Below are positions 18,009-27,414 of a stretch of 45,390 nt of DNA, one piece after another (positions within the stretch are counted from its first letter, which is position 1; each line of letters starts with the position of its first letter). The notes under the pieces were generated by a model. It saw nothing but the letters and a program-made list of their open reading frames with translations. It was not told where the DNA came from and ran no database searches. Where the stretch lies: positions 1-45,390 of the forward strand of contig JANPJS010000026.1 of NCBI GenBank assembly GCA_031425655.1. Direction: 5' to 3'. The translations under genes and the position numbers were made by a program. The DNA is from Abditibacteriaceae bacterium (GTDB lineage Bacteria > Armatimonadota > Abditibacteriia > Abditibacteriales > Abditibacteriaceae).

Positions 18009-18110
18009 TCTCTCGCAAAGACGCCAAGTCGCAAAGGACAAAGAAGAAGAGGACTGCTAACTACCGAATTTTCTTACTTCCTCTTTGCGACTTGGCGTCT
18101 TTGCGAGAGA
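18009..18110. repeat. REP-like palindrome with perfect 28-bp arms (TCTCTCGCAAAGACGCCAAGTCGCAAAG)
   Basis: 18009-18036 is the exact reverse complement of 18083-18110. Confidence 0.93.
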
Positions 18111-18126
18111 TAAACAAGGAGCCGAA

Positions 18127-19371
18127 GTGCCAGAAGAAAAAATGGTAGACGTTGAGATTCACCCGGAGCAAATCGAGGACGCGGCAGCGCACGATGCGAT
18201 GGTGAATTTGGGCGATGCGCGCGTGCAATTGACCGACGACCCGAACTCCGTTTCTCCTTTGCACGCCGAAAGCGTCGAAACGCCAGTGACTGACGATGGC
18301 GTGCCCAAAGACGATTTTCCGGTTCCGTATCCGCACGAAAACGAGCTTTTCGACTGCACTATCATCGGCGGCGGGCCGACGGGCCTTTTTGCCGCGTTTT
18401 ACGCCGGTTTGCGCGAAATGAGCGTGAAAATCGTGGATTCTTTAGGCGAACTCGGCGGACAGGTCACGGCGCTTTATCCCGAAAAATACATCTTCGACGT
18501 GGCTGGTTTTCCGCAAATCTTCGGCAAAGATTTGGTCGCGGCGTGCGTCGAACAAGGTCTGCAATTCGGCCCGACGGTGTGTTTGGGTGAGAAAATCGAG
18601 ACTTTGGCGCGCGAAGACGACGGCACTTTTACGCTGCATTCGTCGCGCGGCGCGCATCGCACCAAAACCATCATTATCGCGGGCGGCGTGGGCGCTTTCG
18701 CGCCGCGCAAACTGGATTCTCTGGCCGAACTGGACGCGCTCGAAGGCACGAGCTTGTTTTATTTCGTGAAAAGTATCGAGCAGTTTCGGGGCAAAAATAT
18801 TCTTATCGTGGGCGGCGGCGATAGCGCGCTGGATTGGGCATTAAATCTTGAACCGCTGGCTAATCACATTACCCTTGTGCATCGCCGCGACAAATGGCGC
18901 GCTCACGAAGATTCGGTCAACAAATTGATGCGTTCGTCCGTTGATGTGCGCGTATTTCACGAAATCCGCAGCGTGCAACAGCAAAACGGGCAGTTGCAGG
19001 GCGTGACGATTTATCACAACAAAACGCAGGAAGAAACCGAGTTACATCTCGATGCGATTATTTTGAATTTGGGATTCGTGGCGAACATCGGCCCGATTCG
19101 AGAATGGGGCTTGGAAATCGAAAGCGGCGGCGTGGCGGTTGATCCCGGCACGATGGCGACCAGTATTCCCGGCATCTTCGCGGCGGGCGACATCGCGCGC
19201 TTCAAAGGCAAGCTAAACCTCATTGCGACCGGCTTTGGCGAAGCCGCCACTTCTGCCAACTATTGCAAAAACCACATTGACCCGCACAGCCGCATTTTTC
19301 CCGGCCATAGCTCCGAAAAGTCCGACGAAGCCAGAGCGCACGAAGCGCAAGCGGTGGCCGGCGCGGTGTAA
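18127..19371 (+). CDS. TrxR-type ferredoxin--NADP+ reductase (YumC-like) with acidic N-terminal extension
   Basis: IIGGGPTGLFAAFYAGLR, LGGQVTALYPEKYIFDVAGFP, GGGDSALDWA, HRRDKWRAH, KLNLIATGFGEA, PGHSS; no CxxC. GTG at 18127 follows AAGGAG. Confidence 0.9.
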   Translation: MPEEKMVDVEIHPEQIEDAAAHDAMVNLGDARVQLTDDPNSVSPLHAESVETPVTDDGVPKDDFPVPYPHENELFDCTIIGGGPTGLFAAFYAGLREMSVKIVDSLGELGGQVTALYPEKYIFDVAGFPQIFGKDLVAACVEQGLQFGPTVCLGEKIETLAREDDGTFTLHSSRGAHRTKTIIIAGGVGAFAPRKLDSLAELDALEGTSLFYFVKSIEQFRGKNILIVGGGDSALDWALNLEPLANHITLVHRRDKWRAHEDSVNKLMRSSVDVRVFHEIRSVQQQNGQLQGVTIYHNKTQEETELHLDAIILNLGFVANIGPIREWGLEIESGGVAVDPGTMATSIPGIFAAGDIARFKGKLNLIATGFGEAATSANYCKNHIDPHSRIFPGHSSEKSDEARAHEAQAVAGAV

Positions 19372-19405
19372 ATTGCCGCTGCTGAGTCGTCAGAGGAATA
19401 AGTAG

Positions 19406-19441
19406 AGCGGGCAGCTTCGATGAAAAAGCTGTCCGCTTTTC
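19406..19441 (+). terminator. Probable intrinsic terminator
   Basis: AGCGGGCAGCT...AGCTGTCCGCT stem followed by a T-rich tract, downstream of the FNR gene. Confidence 0.5.
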
Positions 19442-19530
19442 ACTTTTCAAGTGATTTTGGAGAAAAATATGCGTTTTTTCCTTGAGTCGCGGCCTAAATT
19501 CGTCATATTAAACGCGAAAGGGATTGCTTG

Positions 19531-20400
19531 ATGGAAGATTTAAGCGCGCTGCGTCAGGTGCCGCTCTTTTCGCACATGAGCGACGAGGATTTGCGCGAGA
19601 TTCTCGCGCTGATGACGCCTGCCGACTTTGCGCCCGGCGCGGTTATTATCCGCGAAGGCGAGCCGGGCGACGATTTTTTCGTGCTGGTGCAGGGCCGCGT
19701 GCATATTTCGGTTCACGCCGCCGATGGCAACGATCTGATAATCGGAGAAGCCGGGCCGGGCGGGTTTTTCGGCGAGCTTTCGATGCTGACCGGCGAGCCT
19801 CGCTCGGCGCGCGTGCAGGCCGGCGAAGCCACACAAACGCTCAAACTAAGCCGCGAGGCTTTTTTGGAATTCCTCGAAAAGCATCCTCAGGCCGCGATTA
19901 CCGTGTTGATGGAACTGGGACATCGCTTGCATCGCACCGATTCGCTGCTGCGCCAGAGCGTGAGCCGCAACGTCAACGAGATTGACGACGAGCGCCTCAC
20001 AACCGGCCTGCGTTTGGCGAATCTGGTGGTTGGCTGGGCCGGCAGTATGCCGTTTCTGCTGCTGCACACGGTCGGTATCTCGGTCTGGCTGATGCTCAAT
20101 CAACCGTGGTTTCCCGGCGAAAAATTCGATGACGCACCTCATAGTATTTTGGCGCTCATTGTCAGCCTCGAAGCCACGCTGCTTTCGATTTTTGTGCTGA
20201 TTAGCCAAAACCGCGAAGTCGCAAAAGATCGTCTTGCGGCAGAGATTGACCATCAAATCAATACCAAATCCGAAGTTGAGATTGGCCTGCTTTTGCGCCG
20301 AGTGGACGAACTCGAAGCCGTCACGCGCCACCACGCCGAAGAGCAAAAACAACTTTTAGAACAGGTCGCAGGGCAAAATCATAACGCGCGCCGGGTATAA
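19531..20400 (+). CDS. Cyclic-nucleotide-binding domain fused to DUF1003 membrane domain
   Basis: cNMP fold (LRQVPLFS...IIREGEPGD...FFGELSMLTGEPRSARV) followed by DUF1003-type (GSMPFLLLH...LIVSLEATLLSIFVLISQNR...DR...D...N.KSE). Confidence 0.88.
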   Translation: MEDLSALRQVPLFSHMSDEDLREILALMTPADFAPGAVIIREGEPGDDFFVLVQGRVHISVHAADGNDLIIGEAGPGGFFGELSMLTGEPRSARVQAGEATQTLKLSREAFLEFLEKHPQAAITVLMELGHRLHRTDSLLRQSVSRNVNEIDDERLTTGLRLANLVVGWAGSMPFLLLHTVGISVWLMLNQPWFPGEKFDDAPHSILALIVSLEATLLSIFVLISQNREVAKDRLAAEIDHQINTKSEVEIGLLLRRVDELEAVTRHHAEEQKQLLEQVAGQNHNARRV

Positions 20401-20408
20401 TTTAGGCG

Positions 20409-21701
20409 ATGACCGATTCGCTTCTGATTCAACCTGTAACGCGGCCCGTGAACGGCAACGTGCGCGTGCCCGGCTCCAAAAGCATCACTAATCGCGCGCT
20501 GATTTTAGCGGCTCTGGCCGATGGAATTTCGCATCTGGAAGGCGCTCTTTTCTCCGATGACACGCTTTATATGAGCGAATCGCTGCGCTCGCTCGGCATC
20601 GCGGTTGAAGCCGATGCCAGCGCCGAAAGTTTTGAAGTTGAAGGTCGGGGCGGGCGCATTCCGGCGGGCACGGCACAGCTTTTCGTCGGCAATTCGGGCA
20701 CGGCGTCGCGTTTTTTGACGGCGCTCTGCGCGCTGGGCAGCGGCCCGTATTGCCTCGACGGCGTGCCGCGCATGAGAGCGCGCCCGATTCGCGATTTACT
20801 TTCGGCTTTGCAACAGCTTGGCGTTGCGGCGCGCGACGAAAACGGCACCGGCTGCCTGCCCGTTGTTGTCGAGTCGCAAGGCTGGCGCGGCGGCAAAACC
20901 ACGATGCGCGGCGATGTCAGCAGCCAGTTTCTTAGCGCCCTGCTTATGGTCGCGCCGCTTTCGCAAAATGGTATCGAAATCGAAATCGAAGGCGAGCTGT
21001 TTTCCAAGCCGTATATCGAAATCACGCTGCGCATGATGCAACAATGGGGCGCCGTTGTCGAACACGATGAAATGTGCCGCTTTCGCATTCCCGGCGGCCA
21101 GAAATATCGCGCGCAAACCTACGTCATCGAGCCGGATGCTTCGGGCGCCAGTTATTTTTGGGCGGCGGCAGCCATTACCGGCGGACGAGTGCGCGTCGAA
21201 GGCATCGGAAACGCGGCTTTGCAGGGCGATGCGGCGTTCGTGGACGTGCTGGAACAAATGGGCTGCGAAGTCGAGCGCGGCGATGATTTCATCGAAGTGC
21301 GCGGCGTGCAGCAATTGCGCGGTGTCAACGTGGATATGAACGCGATTTCCGATACCGTGATGACTTTGGCAGCCATCGCACCGTTTGCCGACGGGCCGGT
21401 GAACATTCACAACGTCGCGCACATTCGCCACAAAGAAACCGACCGCATTCACGCCCTTGTGACGGAACTGCGAAGGCTCGGCGTCACCGTGGATGAACGG
21501 CCCGACGGCTTGACGATTCATCCTGCGAATCAATTAAAACCGGCGCGAATCGAAACTTACGATGACCACCGCATGGCGATGAGCTTCGCTATTACCGGAC
21601 TGCGCGCTCCCGGCGTCGAGATTCTCGATCCCGGCTGCGTGGCCAAAACGTTTCCCGACTTTTTTCAGCGGTTGGATAAACTCTGCGCCAACGCGCGCTA
21701 A
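20409..21701 (+). CDS. aroA: 3-phosphoshikimate 1-carboxyvinyltransferase (EPSP synthase)
   Basis: PGSKSITNR, GNSGTASRF, SSQFLSALL, SKPY, EPDASGA, RHKETDRI, DDHRMAM, KTFPDF. Confidence 0.97.
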   Translation: MTDSLLIQPVTRPVNGNVRVPGSKSITNRALILAALADGISHLEGALFSDDTLYMSESLRSLGIAVEADASAESFEVEGRGGRIPAGTAQLFVGNSGTASRFLTALCALGSGPYCLDGVPRMRARPIRDLLSALQQLGVAARDENGTGCLPVVVESQGWRGGKTTMRGDVSSQFLSALLMVAPLSQNGIEIEIEGELFSKPYIEITLRMMQQWGAVVEHDEMCRFRIPGGQKYRAQTYVIEPDASGASYFWAAAAITGGRVRVEGIGNAALQGDAAFVDVLEQMGCEVERGDDFIEVRGVQQLRGVNVDMNAISDTVMTLAAIAPFADGPVNIHNVAHIRHKETDRIHALVTELRRLGVTVDERPDGLTIHPANQLKPARIETYDDHRMAMSFAITGLRAPGVEILDPGCVAKTFPDFFQRLDKLCANAR

Positions 21702-21710
21702 AGGATTTTT

Positions 21711-22931
21711 ATGCGATTAACAGGCATGGGCAAACTTGTCATCTTCCTTTTGGCGCTGGGACTGGGCTTTGGCGCCTTCAATTTTTTGCGTCAATCGAAA
21801 GCTCCGGGCGGTGCGGGCAACGGCGGTTTTCCGACGGTCAATTTTCCCGGCTCGTCAACGCCTTCCAGCAATAATTCCCCCGAAGGCTCCGGCGGCGAAA
21901 ATTCGGGCGCGGGTGGCGTGGAAATCGTGCTGCTGACCAGCGCTTCCAAAAAAGGCTGGGTCGAAGAAGAAATTGACAAATTTAACGCGAAATACAGCGG
22001 TCAATATCAGATTCGCACGACGTTCGCCGAAACGCGCGAAGCCATGCATTCGATTCTTAACGGCTCGAAAAAGCCGGTTTTGTGGAGTCCGAGTAACACG
22101 ATCTGGGTGGCGCGTTTGGATGAAGTCTGGATGCAGCGCAACAGTCGTCACATCGTGGATATGAACGATAGCGGTGTCTTTCGCAGCTATTTTCGCACGC
22201 CTCTGGTGTTTCTGACCACCAGCGCCAAAGCCGGCTTTTTGAAATCGCAATTGAGCAGCGCCAACGGTTGGCAGAACTTGCGAAAACTGTGTTCCGGGCA
22301 GCAAAAAGCGCCGTGGGGCAAGTTTCGTTTTGCTTGCGCTGATCCGCTATCGGCCAACAGCGGCCTGATGACGCTGGGCGCGATGCTCTTCGATTATGGC
22401 CAGCAAAGCGGCATGAGCCAGAGCTTTGAAACTTTGGCGGCCAGCGGCGGATTCGGTGGTTATTTGCAGGGCATCAAAAAAGGAATTGTCTTCGACAGCG
22501 ATGCCAAAGCTGGCTCATCGGCGCTTTTCAAGGCGTTTCTCAGCGATCCGGGCCGCTACGATGTGATTACCGCTTATGAAGCCAATGCGCTGGAAGCCGC
22601 GCCGACGCATCGCAGCCTCGCGGTGATTTATCCGCGTCCGACCACGGTTTCCGAACACGCCATCGCGCTTTTGCAGGCTGATTGGGTTAGTGCGCAGCAA
22701 GCGGCGGGCGCGCGGGAATTCATGCGCTTTTTGGGCAGCGAAGAATCGCTGCGCGACGGCTTAAAATATCATTTTCGTCCGGTGCGCGCCTCGCAAACCA
22801 CGACGATCAATCGAGAAATCGCCAATTCCAGCGGTCAGGGTTTTCAGCAGGATTACGCCGCCGCCGAACTGCCGCCTTATAAGGCGCTAAACGTGGCTAA
22901 TAACCAGTGGCGTCTCATCATCGGCGGCTAA
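21711..22931 (+). CDS. Membrane-anchored extracellular solute-binding protein (vWA-associated SBP type); no cognate permease in window
   Basis: N-terminal TM helix, Gly/Ser linker, then PVLWSPS, RTPLV, FACADPLSANSG, YEANA, VIYPRPT, HFRP, consistent with a type II periplasmic-binding fold. Confidence 0.75.
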   Translation: MRLTGMGKLVIFLLALGLGFGAFNFLRQSKAPGGAGNGGFPTVNFPGSSTPSSNNSPEGSGGENSGAGGVEIVLLTSASKKGWVEEEIDKFNAKYSGQYQIRTTFAETREAMHSILNGSKKPVLWSPSNTIWVARLDEVWMQRNSRHIVDMNDSGVFRSYFRTPLVFLTTSAKAGFLKSQLSSANGWQNLRKLCSGQQKAPWGKFRFACADPLSANSGLMTLGAMLFDYGQQSGMSQSFETLAASGGFGGYLQGIKKGIVFDSDAKAGSSALFKAFLSDPGRYDVITAYEANALEAAPTHRSLAVIYPRPTTVSEHAIALLQADWVSAQQAAGAREFMRFLGSEESLRDGLKYHFRPVRASQTTTINREIANSSGQGFQQDYAAAELPPYKALNVANNQWRLIIGG

Positions 22932-22984
22932 AAGTCTTCGCCTCAAATTGTCTTTTCGTCCCGACAATCTAATGCGGGTTTGCT

Positions 22985-24640
22985 ATGAAAGATTCGCGTC
23001 GTCTCGAAAATGAGGCCGGCATTTCCAAATTACCCTCACTTGACACCGAACTGCTGGCAGTCGCCGTCAATAGCGCGGCGGTGGGCGTGGCGATTACCGA
23101 TGCGCGCCTGCCCGACAACCCGGTTATTTACATCAACACCGCTTTCACGCGCATGACGGGCTATGAAACCGAGGACATAATTGGCCTGAATTGTCGTTTT
23201 CTTCAAGGCGCCGAAACCGATCCGGCGGCGGTAAATCGCATTCGCGGCGCCATTGCTACGCGGGAACGATTCACGCAGATTCTTCTGAATTACTCCAAGG
23301 CGGGCCGTGCTTTTTGGAACGAACTGACTATCGCGCCGGTTTTCGATGCCGAAGGCGTGGCAACGCATTTTATCGGCTTCCAAATGGATGTGACGGCGCG
23401 CATCGAAGCTGAAGCGCGGGCGAGGTCTGCGCTGGTCGAAACTCAAAAAGCTCGCGCCGAAGCCGAACGAGCCAACGCCGCGAAAAGCGAATTTCTTTCG
23501 CGCATGAGCCACGAGTTGCGCACGCCGCTCAACAGCGTGCTGGGATTCTCGCAACTGCTGGAAATGGACGACTTGGAAGAACAGCAGTTGGAACAAGTCG
23601 CTTATATTCTCACCGCCGGGCGCCATCTTTTGGCCTTGATTGACGAAGTTCTCGATTTGGCGCGCGTCGAGGCCGGGCGGCTGGTTTTAACTTCCGAAGC
23701 CGTGCCGATTCACGAAATCGTAGATGAAACATTATCCATCGTGAAGCCTTTGGCGTGGCCGCGCAACATTAGTCTCTCTGCCGAAGAAATTCCCGCCGCC
23801 GCTATCGTTTGGGCCGACCGCCAACGCTTGCAGCAGGTTTTGCTGAACCTCGTTTCCAACGCGATCAAATACAATCGCAGCGACGGCACGGTTGTGGTGC
23901 GCTGCCACGAAGATAATAGTGGCGCTGCGCCGTGCTGGCGTCTCGAAATTTCGGATACCGGGGCGGGCGTTCCTGAAGACAAGCGCGCCAAGCTGTTTCA
24001 GCCCTTCGAGCGTTTGGGCGCCGATAAATCCGAAGTCGAAGGCACCGGCTTGGGCTTGGCGGTCTCGAAGCGCATGATGGAAGCGATGGGCGGCGAAATT
24101 GGCCTCGAACCGCACGAAATCGGAGTCGGCAGCACGTTTTGGGTGAATCTGCCGGCCTTGACGGATGAAAAAGAGGCCCATTCGCACGAAATCGCCGCCG
24201 ATTCCATGCGAAAGGCCGCTTCGACACCTCAGCCGACGCTGCGCAAAGTGCTTTACATCGAAGACAATTCCGCCAATTTTCATTTAGTGAAATCGGCTCT
24301 GGAACGCATTCCCGGCCTGACTTTGCTATCGGCTGAAAAAGCCATGCCCGGACTGCAAATGGCGCGCGACGAGCAGCCGCAACTGATTTTGCTCGACTTG
24401 GATTTACCCGATTTGAGCGGGGAAGAAGCGCTGGTGCAGTTGCAAGCCGATGAGCGAACTGCCGGCATTCCCATTTTCGTGGTCAGCGCCGATGCCACGG
24501 CGCTGACTATCGAGCGTCTGCGCCGGGCCGGTGTGCGCGATTATTTCACGAAACCGCTTGATGTGCGCCCGTTTATGGCCGCAGTGAGCGAGGTTTTGGG
24601 CTTGGGCGGCGAGGCATCAAACAAACGGACTTTTGAGTAG
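22985..24640 (+). CDS. LOV(PAS)-HisKA-HATPase-REC hybrid sensor histidine kinase
   Basis: LOV signature GLNCRFLQG with DNPVIYIN, LLNY, FWN, FIGFQ. H-box FLSRMSHELRTPLN, N-box NLVSNAIKYN, G boxes DTGAG and GTGLGL. REC domain IEDN...LLDLDLPD...SAD...KP. Confidence 0.93.
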   Translation: MKDSRRLENEAGISKLPSLDTELLAVAVNSAAVGVAITDARLPDNPVIYINTAFTRMTGYETEDIIGLNCRFLQGAETDPAAVNRIRGAIATRERFTQILLNYSKAGRAFWNELTIAPVFDAEGVATHFIGFQMDVTARIEAEARARSALVETQKARAEAERANAAKSEFLSRMSHELRTPLNSVLGFSQLLEMDDLEEQQLEQVAYILTAGRHLLALIDEVLDLARVEAGRLVLTSEAVPIHEIVDETLSIVKPLAWPRNISLSAEEIPAAAIVWADRQRLQQVLLNLVSNAIKYNRSDGTVVVRCHEDNSGAAPCWRLEISDTGAGVPEDKRAKLFQPFERLGADKSEVEGTGLGLAVSKRMMEAMGGEIGLEPHEIGVGSTFWVNLPALTDEKEAHSHEIAADSMRKAASTPQPTLRKVLYIEDNSANFHLVKSALERIPGLTLLSAEKAMPGLQMARDEQPQLILLDLDLPDLSGEEALVQLQADERTAGIPIFVVSADATALTIERLRRAGVRDYFTKPLDVRPFMAAVSEVLGLGGEASNKRTFE

Positions 24641-24688
24641 AATAGAATCCGTCGCGCGGGAAGCATAATCACCCAGAGCGACCTTTCC

Positions 24689-25675
24689 ATGACCGTGCGC
24701 AATCGCTACGCAGAAGCGTTCAAAGAAGAATTCAATATTATAGGTTTGGCTGGTGCCGTTGCCCTTGCGGCGGCAACCTTGAACCCGCTGCTGATTTTGC
24801 CGGCGTTCGTGCTCGAAGCCGCCTATCTGATATTCGTTCCCGATTCGAGCTGGTATTCCAAACGCCTTTCCGCGCGCCACGACGCCGACATCGAAGCGCA
24901 GCGCGCCCGCATCAAAGCACAGATTTTTCCGACCTTGCGTCCGGCGCTGCAACAACGCTTCGAGCGCCTCGAAGAAGTGCGCCGCCAAATCGGCACTATC
25001 GCGTTAGACGAAAAAACGTGGTTTCACGAAGTGCTGCGAAAACTCGATTTTCTGCTGGATAAATTCCTGCAATTCGCCGGCAAGGAAGTGCAGTTTCGCG
25101 CTTATTTGCAAACGCTTTTAGCCGAAGCGCGCGGTGAACCCGATCCGATTGCGAACGCCGCGCAAATGCAAAAACCGCCGCGTTCCGGCCCGTGGCTCGA
25201 TGAAGCCTTCGCTAATGCGCCGCGCCGTGGCCGCAATTCAATGTCTACTCGCACGGCGCAAGGCCCGGCGGCACCACGCAAAACGCCCATCGCGCGGGAA
25301 GAAGCGGCGGACAAATGGGTGCAGGAAACCGTGGCCGAGGTGCAGAAATACTACGACCGCGATTTGCAGAATTTAAGCGACTTATTGCGCGACGAATCCG
25401 ATGAAGGCACGCGCGCCGTGCTGGAAAAGCGCGTCGAGGTGCTGAACCGGCGGCGCGATTTCATCGGCAAAATCGGACGCATTTTGCTCAATCTCACACA
25501 CCAGTTGGAATTGCTGGAAGACACGTTCGGACTTATCAGCGACGAAATTCGCGCCCGTCCGCCCGAACAAGTGTTGGCCGACATCGAAGACGTGGTAACG
25601 CAGACCAACACCATGACCGAAGTGCTGGAAGAAATGGCGCCTTACGAGCAATCGCTGGCGCGGCTAATGAATTGA
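24689..25675 (+). CDS. Hypothetical protein: N-terminal hydrophobic hairpin plus long helical/coiled-coil domain
   Basis: 328 aa; residues ~17-50 hydrophobic, remainder charged and helical. First gene of the PspA/AAA cluster. Confidence 0.8.
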   Translation: MTVRNRYAEAFKEEFNIIGLAGAVALAAATLNPLLILPAFVLEAAYLIFVPDSSWYSKRLSARHDADIEAQRARIKAQIFPTLRPALQQRFERLEEVRRQIGTIALDEKTWFHEVLRKLDFLLDKFLQFAGKEVQFRAYLQTLLAEARGEPDPIANAAQMQKPPRSGPWLDEAFANAPRRGRNSMSTRTAQGPAAPRKTPIAREEAADKWVQETVAEVQKYYDRDLQNLSDLLRDESDEGTRAVLEKRVEVLNRRRDFIGKIGRILLNLTHQLELLEDTFGLISDEIRARPPEQVLADIEDVVTQTNTMTEVLEEMAPYEQSLARLMN

Positions 25676-25744
25676 GAATTGAGAATGCAGAATGAAGAAA
25701 TACGATTCGCACTTTCTAAATTCTTCATTCTACATTCTTAATTC
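25669..25744. repeat. 7-mer tandem-repeat palindrome (GAATTGA-type x4, then TAAATTC/TTCATTC-type x4)
   Basis: GAATTGA GAATTGA GAATGCA GAATGAA GAAA, spacer, TTTC TAAATTC TTCATTC TACATTC TTAATTC. Overlaps the upstream stop codon. Confidence 0.85.
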
Positions 25745-25758
25745 CCGAAGGAACTGCC

Positions 25759-26622
25759 ATGAGTTTGCAAAATATAATGCGCAAAGCCGCCGGGCTTTTG
25801 GTGGAAATTCCGCCCGAAGACTCGTCTGCCGCGTCGGAAAATTCGGGCGCTTCGTCGGCGGGCGAAAAAGGGGCGCGGCCTGCGCCAGACATTGACGAAT
25901 TGCTCGCCGTCGTGCGCGGCCCTAAAGCGGCGTCATCCGGCGGCACTTCGTCGGCGCCGGCCAAGACAGGCGCGGCTTCGACTGCAACGGCGGCGCAATT
26001 GGCGCAAGCAGGCACCGGCCCGAACCTCGATCAGATTAAAAACGCGGCGGCGGGCGCAGTGAATCCCGGCGGGTTCGTGCAAGGCGCGCCGGCGCAAGGC
26101 GGCGGGCCAATTGTCGGCAGCGACGGCAAGTTGAAAGTTTCCGTCGTTTACGATGCTGCCGGTGTGCCGCCCTCGCCGTTTTCCGCTGAGCAGGCGCTGG
26201 AACTGATTCATGCCATGCCCGCCGATTTGCCGCTCGCGGTGCGCCGCCAAACCGTGAAAGCCACGCTGGTCGCCATTGGCCAAACCATAGGGGCCACGCC
26301 GCAAACCATCGTCGCCGATGCCACGCGCAAAGCCGCCGCGCTCGAAGCGTATCTCAATGCCTACGGCAAAAAAAGCGAAGAGTTCGTCGGCAAGATCGAA
26401 GGCGAAATCAAAACGCTCGAAGCGCAAATGGCCGAAAAGCGCAAAGCCATCGAAGTCGCAAAACTGCGCGTGGACGACTTGGCCAAGTTTTGCGACCGCG
26501 AAGCCGAGCGTTTGGACGAGGTTTTAGAATTTTTCAGTCTCGATGTAGGATCATCCAAATACGCGGCGGATGCGCCGCCGGTCTCAGCTAATCCAGCCGG
26601 CCCTGATCCGGGGCAAAAGTAA
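25759..26622 (+). CDS. Hypothetical protein: amphipathic N-terminal helix, low-complexity linker, C-terminal coiled coil
   Basis: SD AAGGAA. MSLQNIMRKAAGLLV N-helix, Ala/Gly/Ser/Pro linker, heptad-rich C-terminus (KIEGEIKTLEAQMAEKRKAIE). Confidence 0.8.
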   Translation: MSLQNIMRKAAGLLVEIPPEDSSAASENSGASSAGEKGARPAPDIDELLAVVRGPKAASSGGTSSAPAKTGAASTATAAQLAQAGTGPNLDQIKNAAAGAVNPGGFVQGAPAQGGGPIVGSDGKLKVSVVYDAAGVPPSPFSAEQALELIHAMPADLPLAVRRQTVKATLVAIGQTIGATPQTIVADATRKAAALEAYLNAYGKKSEEFVGKIEGEIKTLEAQMAEKRKAIEVAKLRVDDLAKFCDREAERLDEVLEFFSLDVGSSKYAADAPPVSANPAGPDPGQK

Positions 26623-26643
26623 AAAGTCGTTCAAGGAGTCATC

Positions 26644-27414
26644 ATGTTTAAACGCATCTCGAATCTCATTAAGGGATTCCTCGGTTTGTTCGTGTCGGGC
26701 ATGGAGCGTCAAAATCCGCGCGCCCTTCTCGAAGTCGAAAAAGAAAATTTGCGCGCCCAGATTGCCCGCTACAACCAGGGTTTGGCCTCGCACGCCGCGC
26801 TGTGCGAGCGTTTGATGTCGCAGGTGAAAAAGCAGGAAGCCGAAGAGCGCGACGTGCGCGCCAAAACCACGGCGCATTTGCGCGCCGGAAACCGCGAAAT
26901 GGCCGCTTCGTTGGCTCTGCGTCTGCAAAGATTGACCAGTGAACTGACGGAAAACCGCAAGCAATTGGAAGGTGCCGAAGGCACCTACAAAGATTTGGTT
27001 AAAGCGCGCGACGTGACCGTTGACGCAGCAAAATCGAAGATCGAAGCGTTGAAATACACCATCGGCGACTTGGAAATCAAAAAAGCCACGGCGGAAATGA
27101 CCGAAATGGCGTCCGGCATGATATCCAGTATCGGCGGCAGCGGCGATACGCTTAATCGCCTTGAAGAAATGGTCGGCGAAGAGCGCGACCAAGCCGCAGG
27201 CCGCGCCCGCGTGGCCCGCGACAGCCTGAACGTGCATGAATTCGAGATGAAAGAAGCCGAGCAGGACGCGCTTGCCGATCAAGCTTTGGCCGACTTCGCC
27301 GCCAAAGAAGGCATCGCCCTTGATCCGCGCCCGGTCGCCGGCGGCATTTCCGCCGACGATCCTATCGCCGCTGACGCCGCCAAAACCATGGGGCCGATTT
27401 CAGAAATTAATTGA
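26644..27414 (+). CDS. PspA/IM30 (Vipp1, ESCRT-III-like) family protein
   Basis: Amphipathic N-helix MFKRISNLIKGFLGLF, E.QNP.ALLE hinge, long helical hairpin, LNRLEEMV...AAGRARVA C-terminal segment. SD AAGGAG. Confidence 0.85.
   Translation: MFKRISNLIKGFLGLFVSGMERQNPRALLEVEKENLRAQIARYNQGLASHAALCERLMSQVKKQEAEERDVRAKTTAHLRAGNREMAASLALRLQRLTSELTENRKQLEGAEGTYKDLVKARDVTVDAAKSKIEALKYTIGDLEIKKATAEMTEMASGMISSIGGSGDTLNRLEEMVGEERDQAAGRARVARDSLNVHEFEMKEAEQDALADQALADFAAKEGIALDPRPVAGGISADDPIAADAAKTMGPISEIN

Noticed and set aside
18085..18126. ORF-track start of the FNR gene at 18085
   Set aside because: It lies inside the REP arm; the SD AAGGAG supports GTG 18127.
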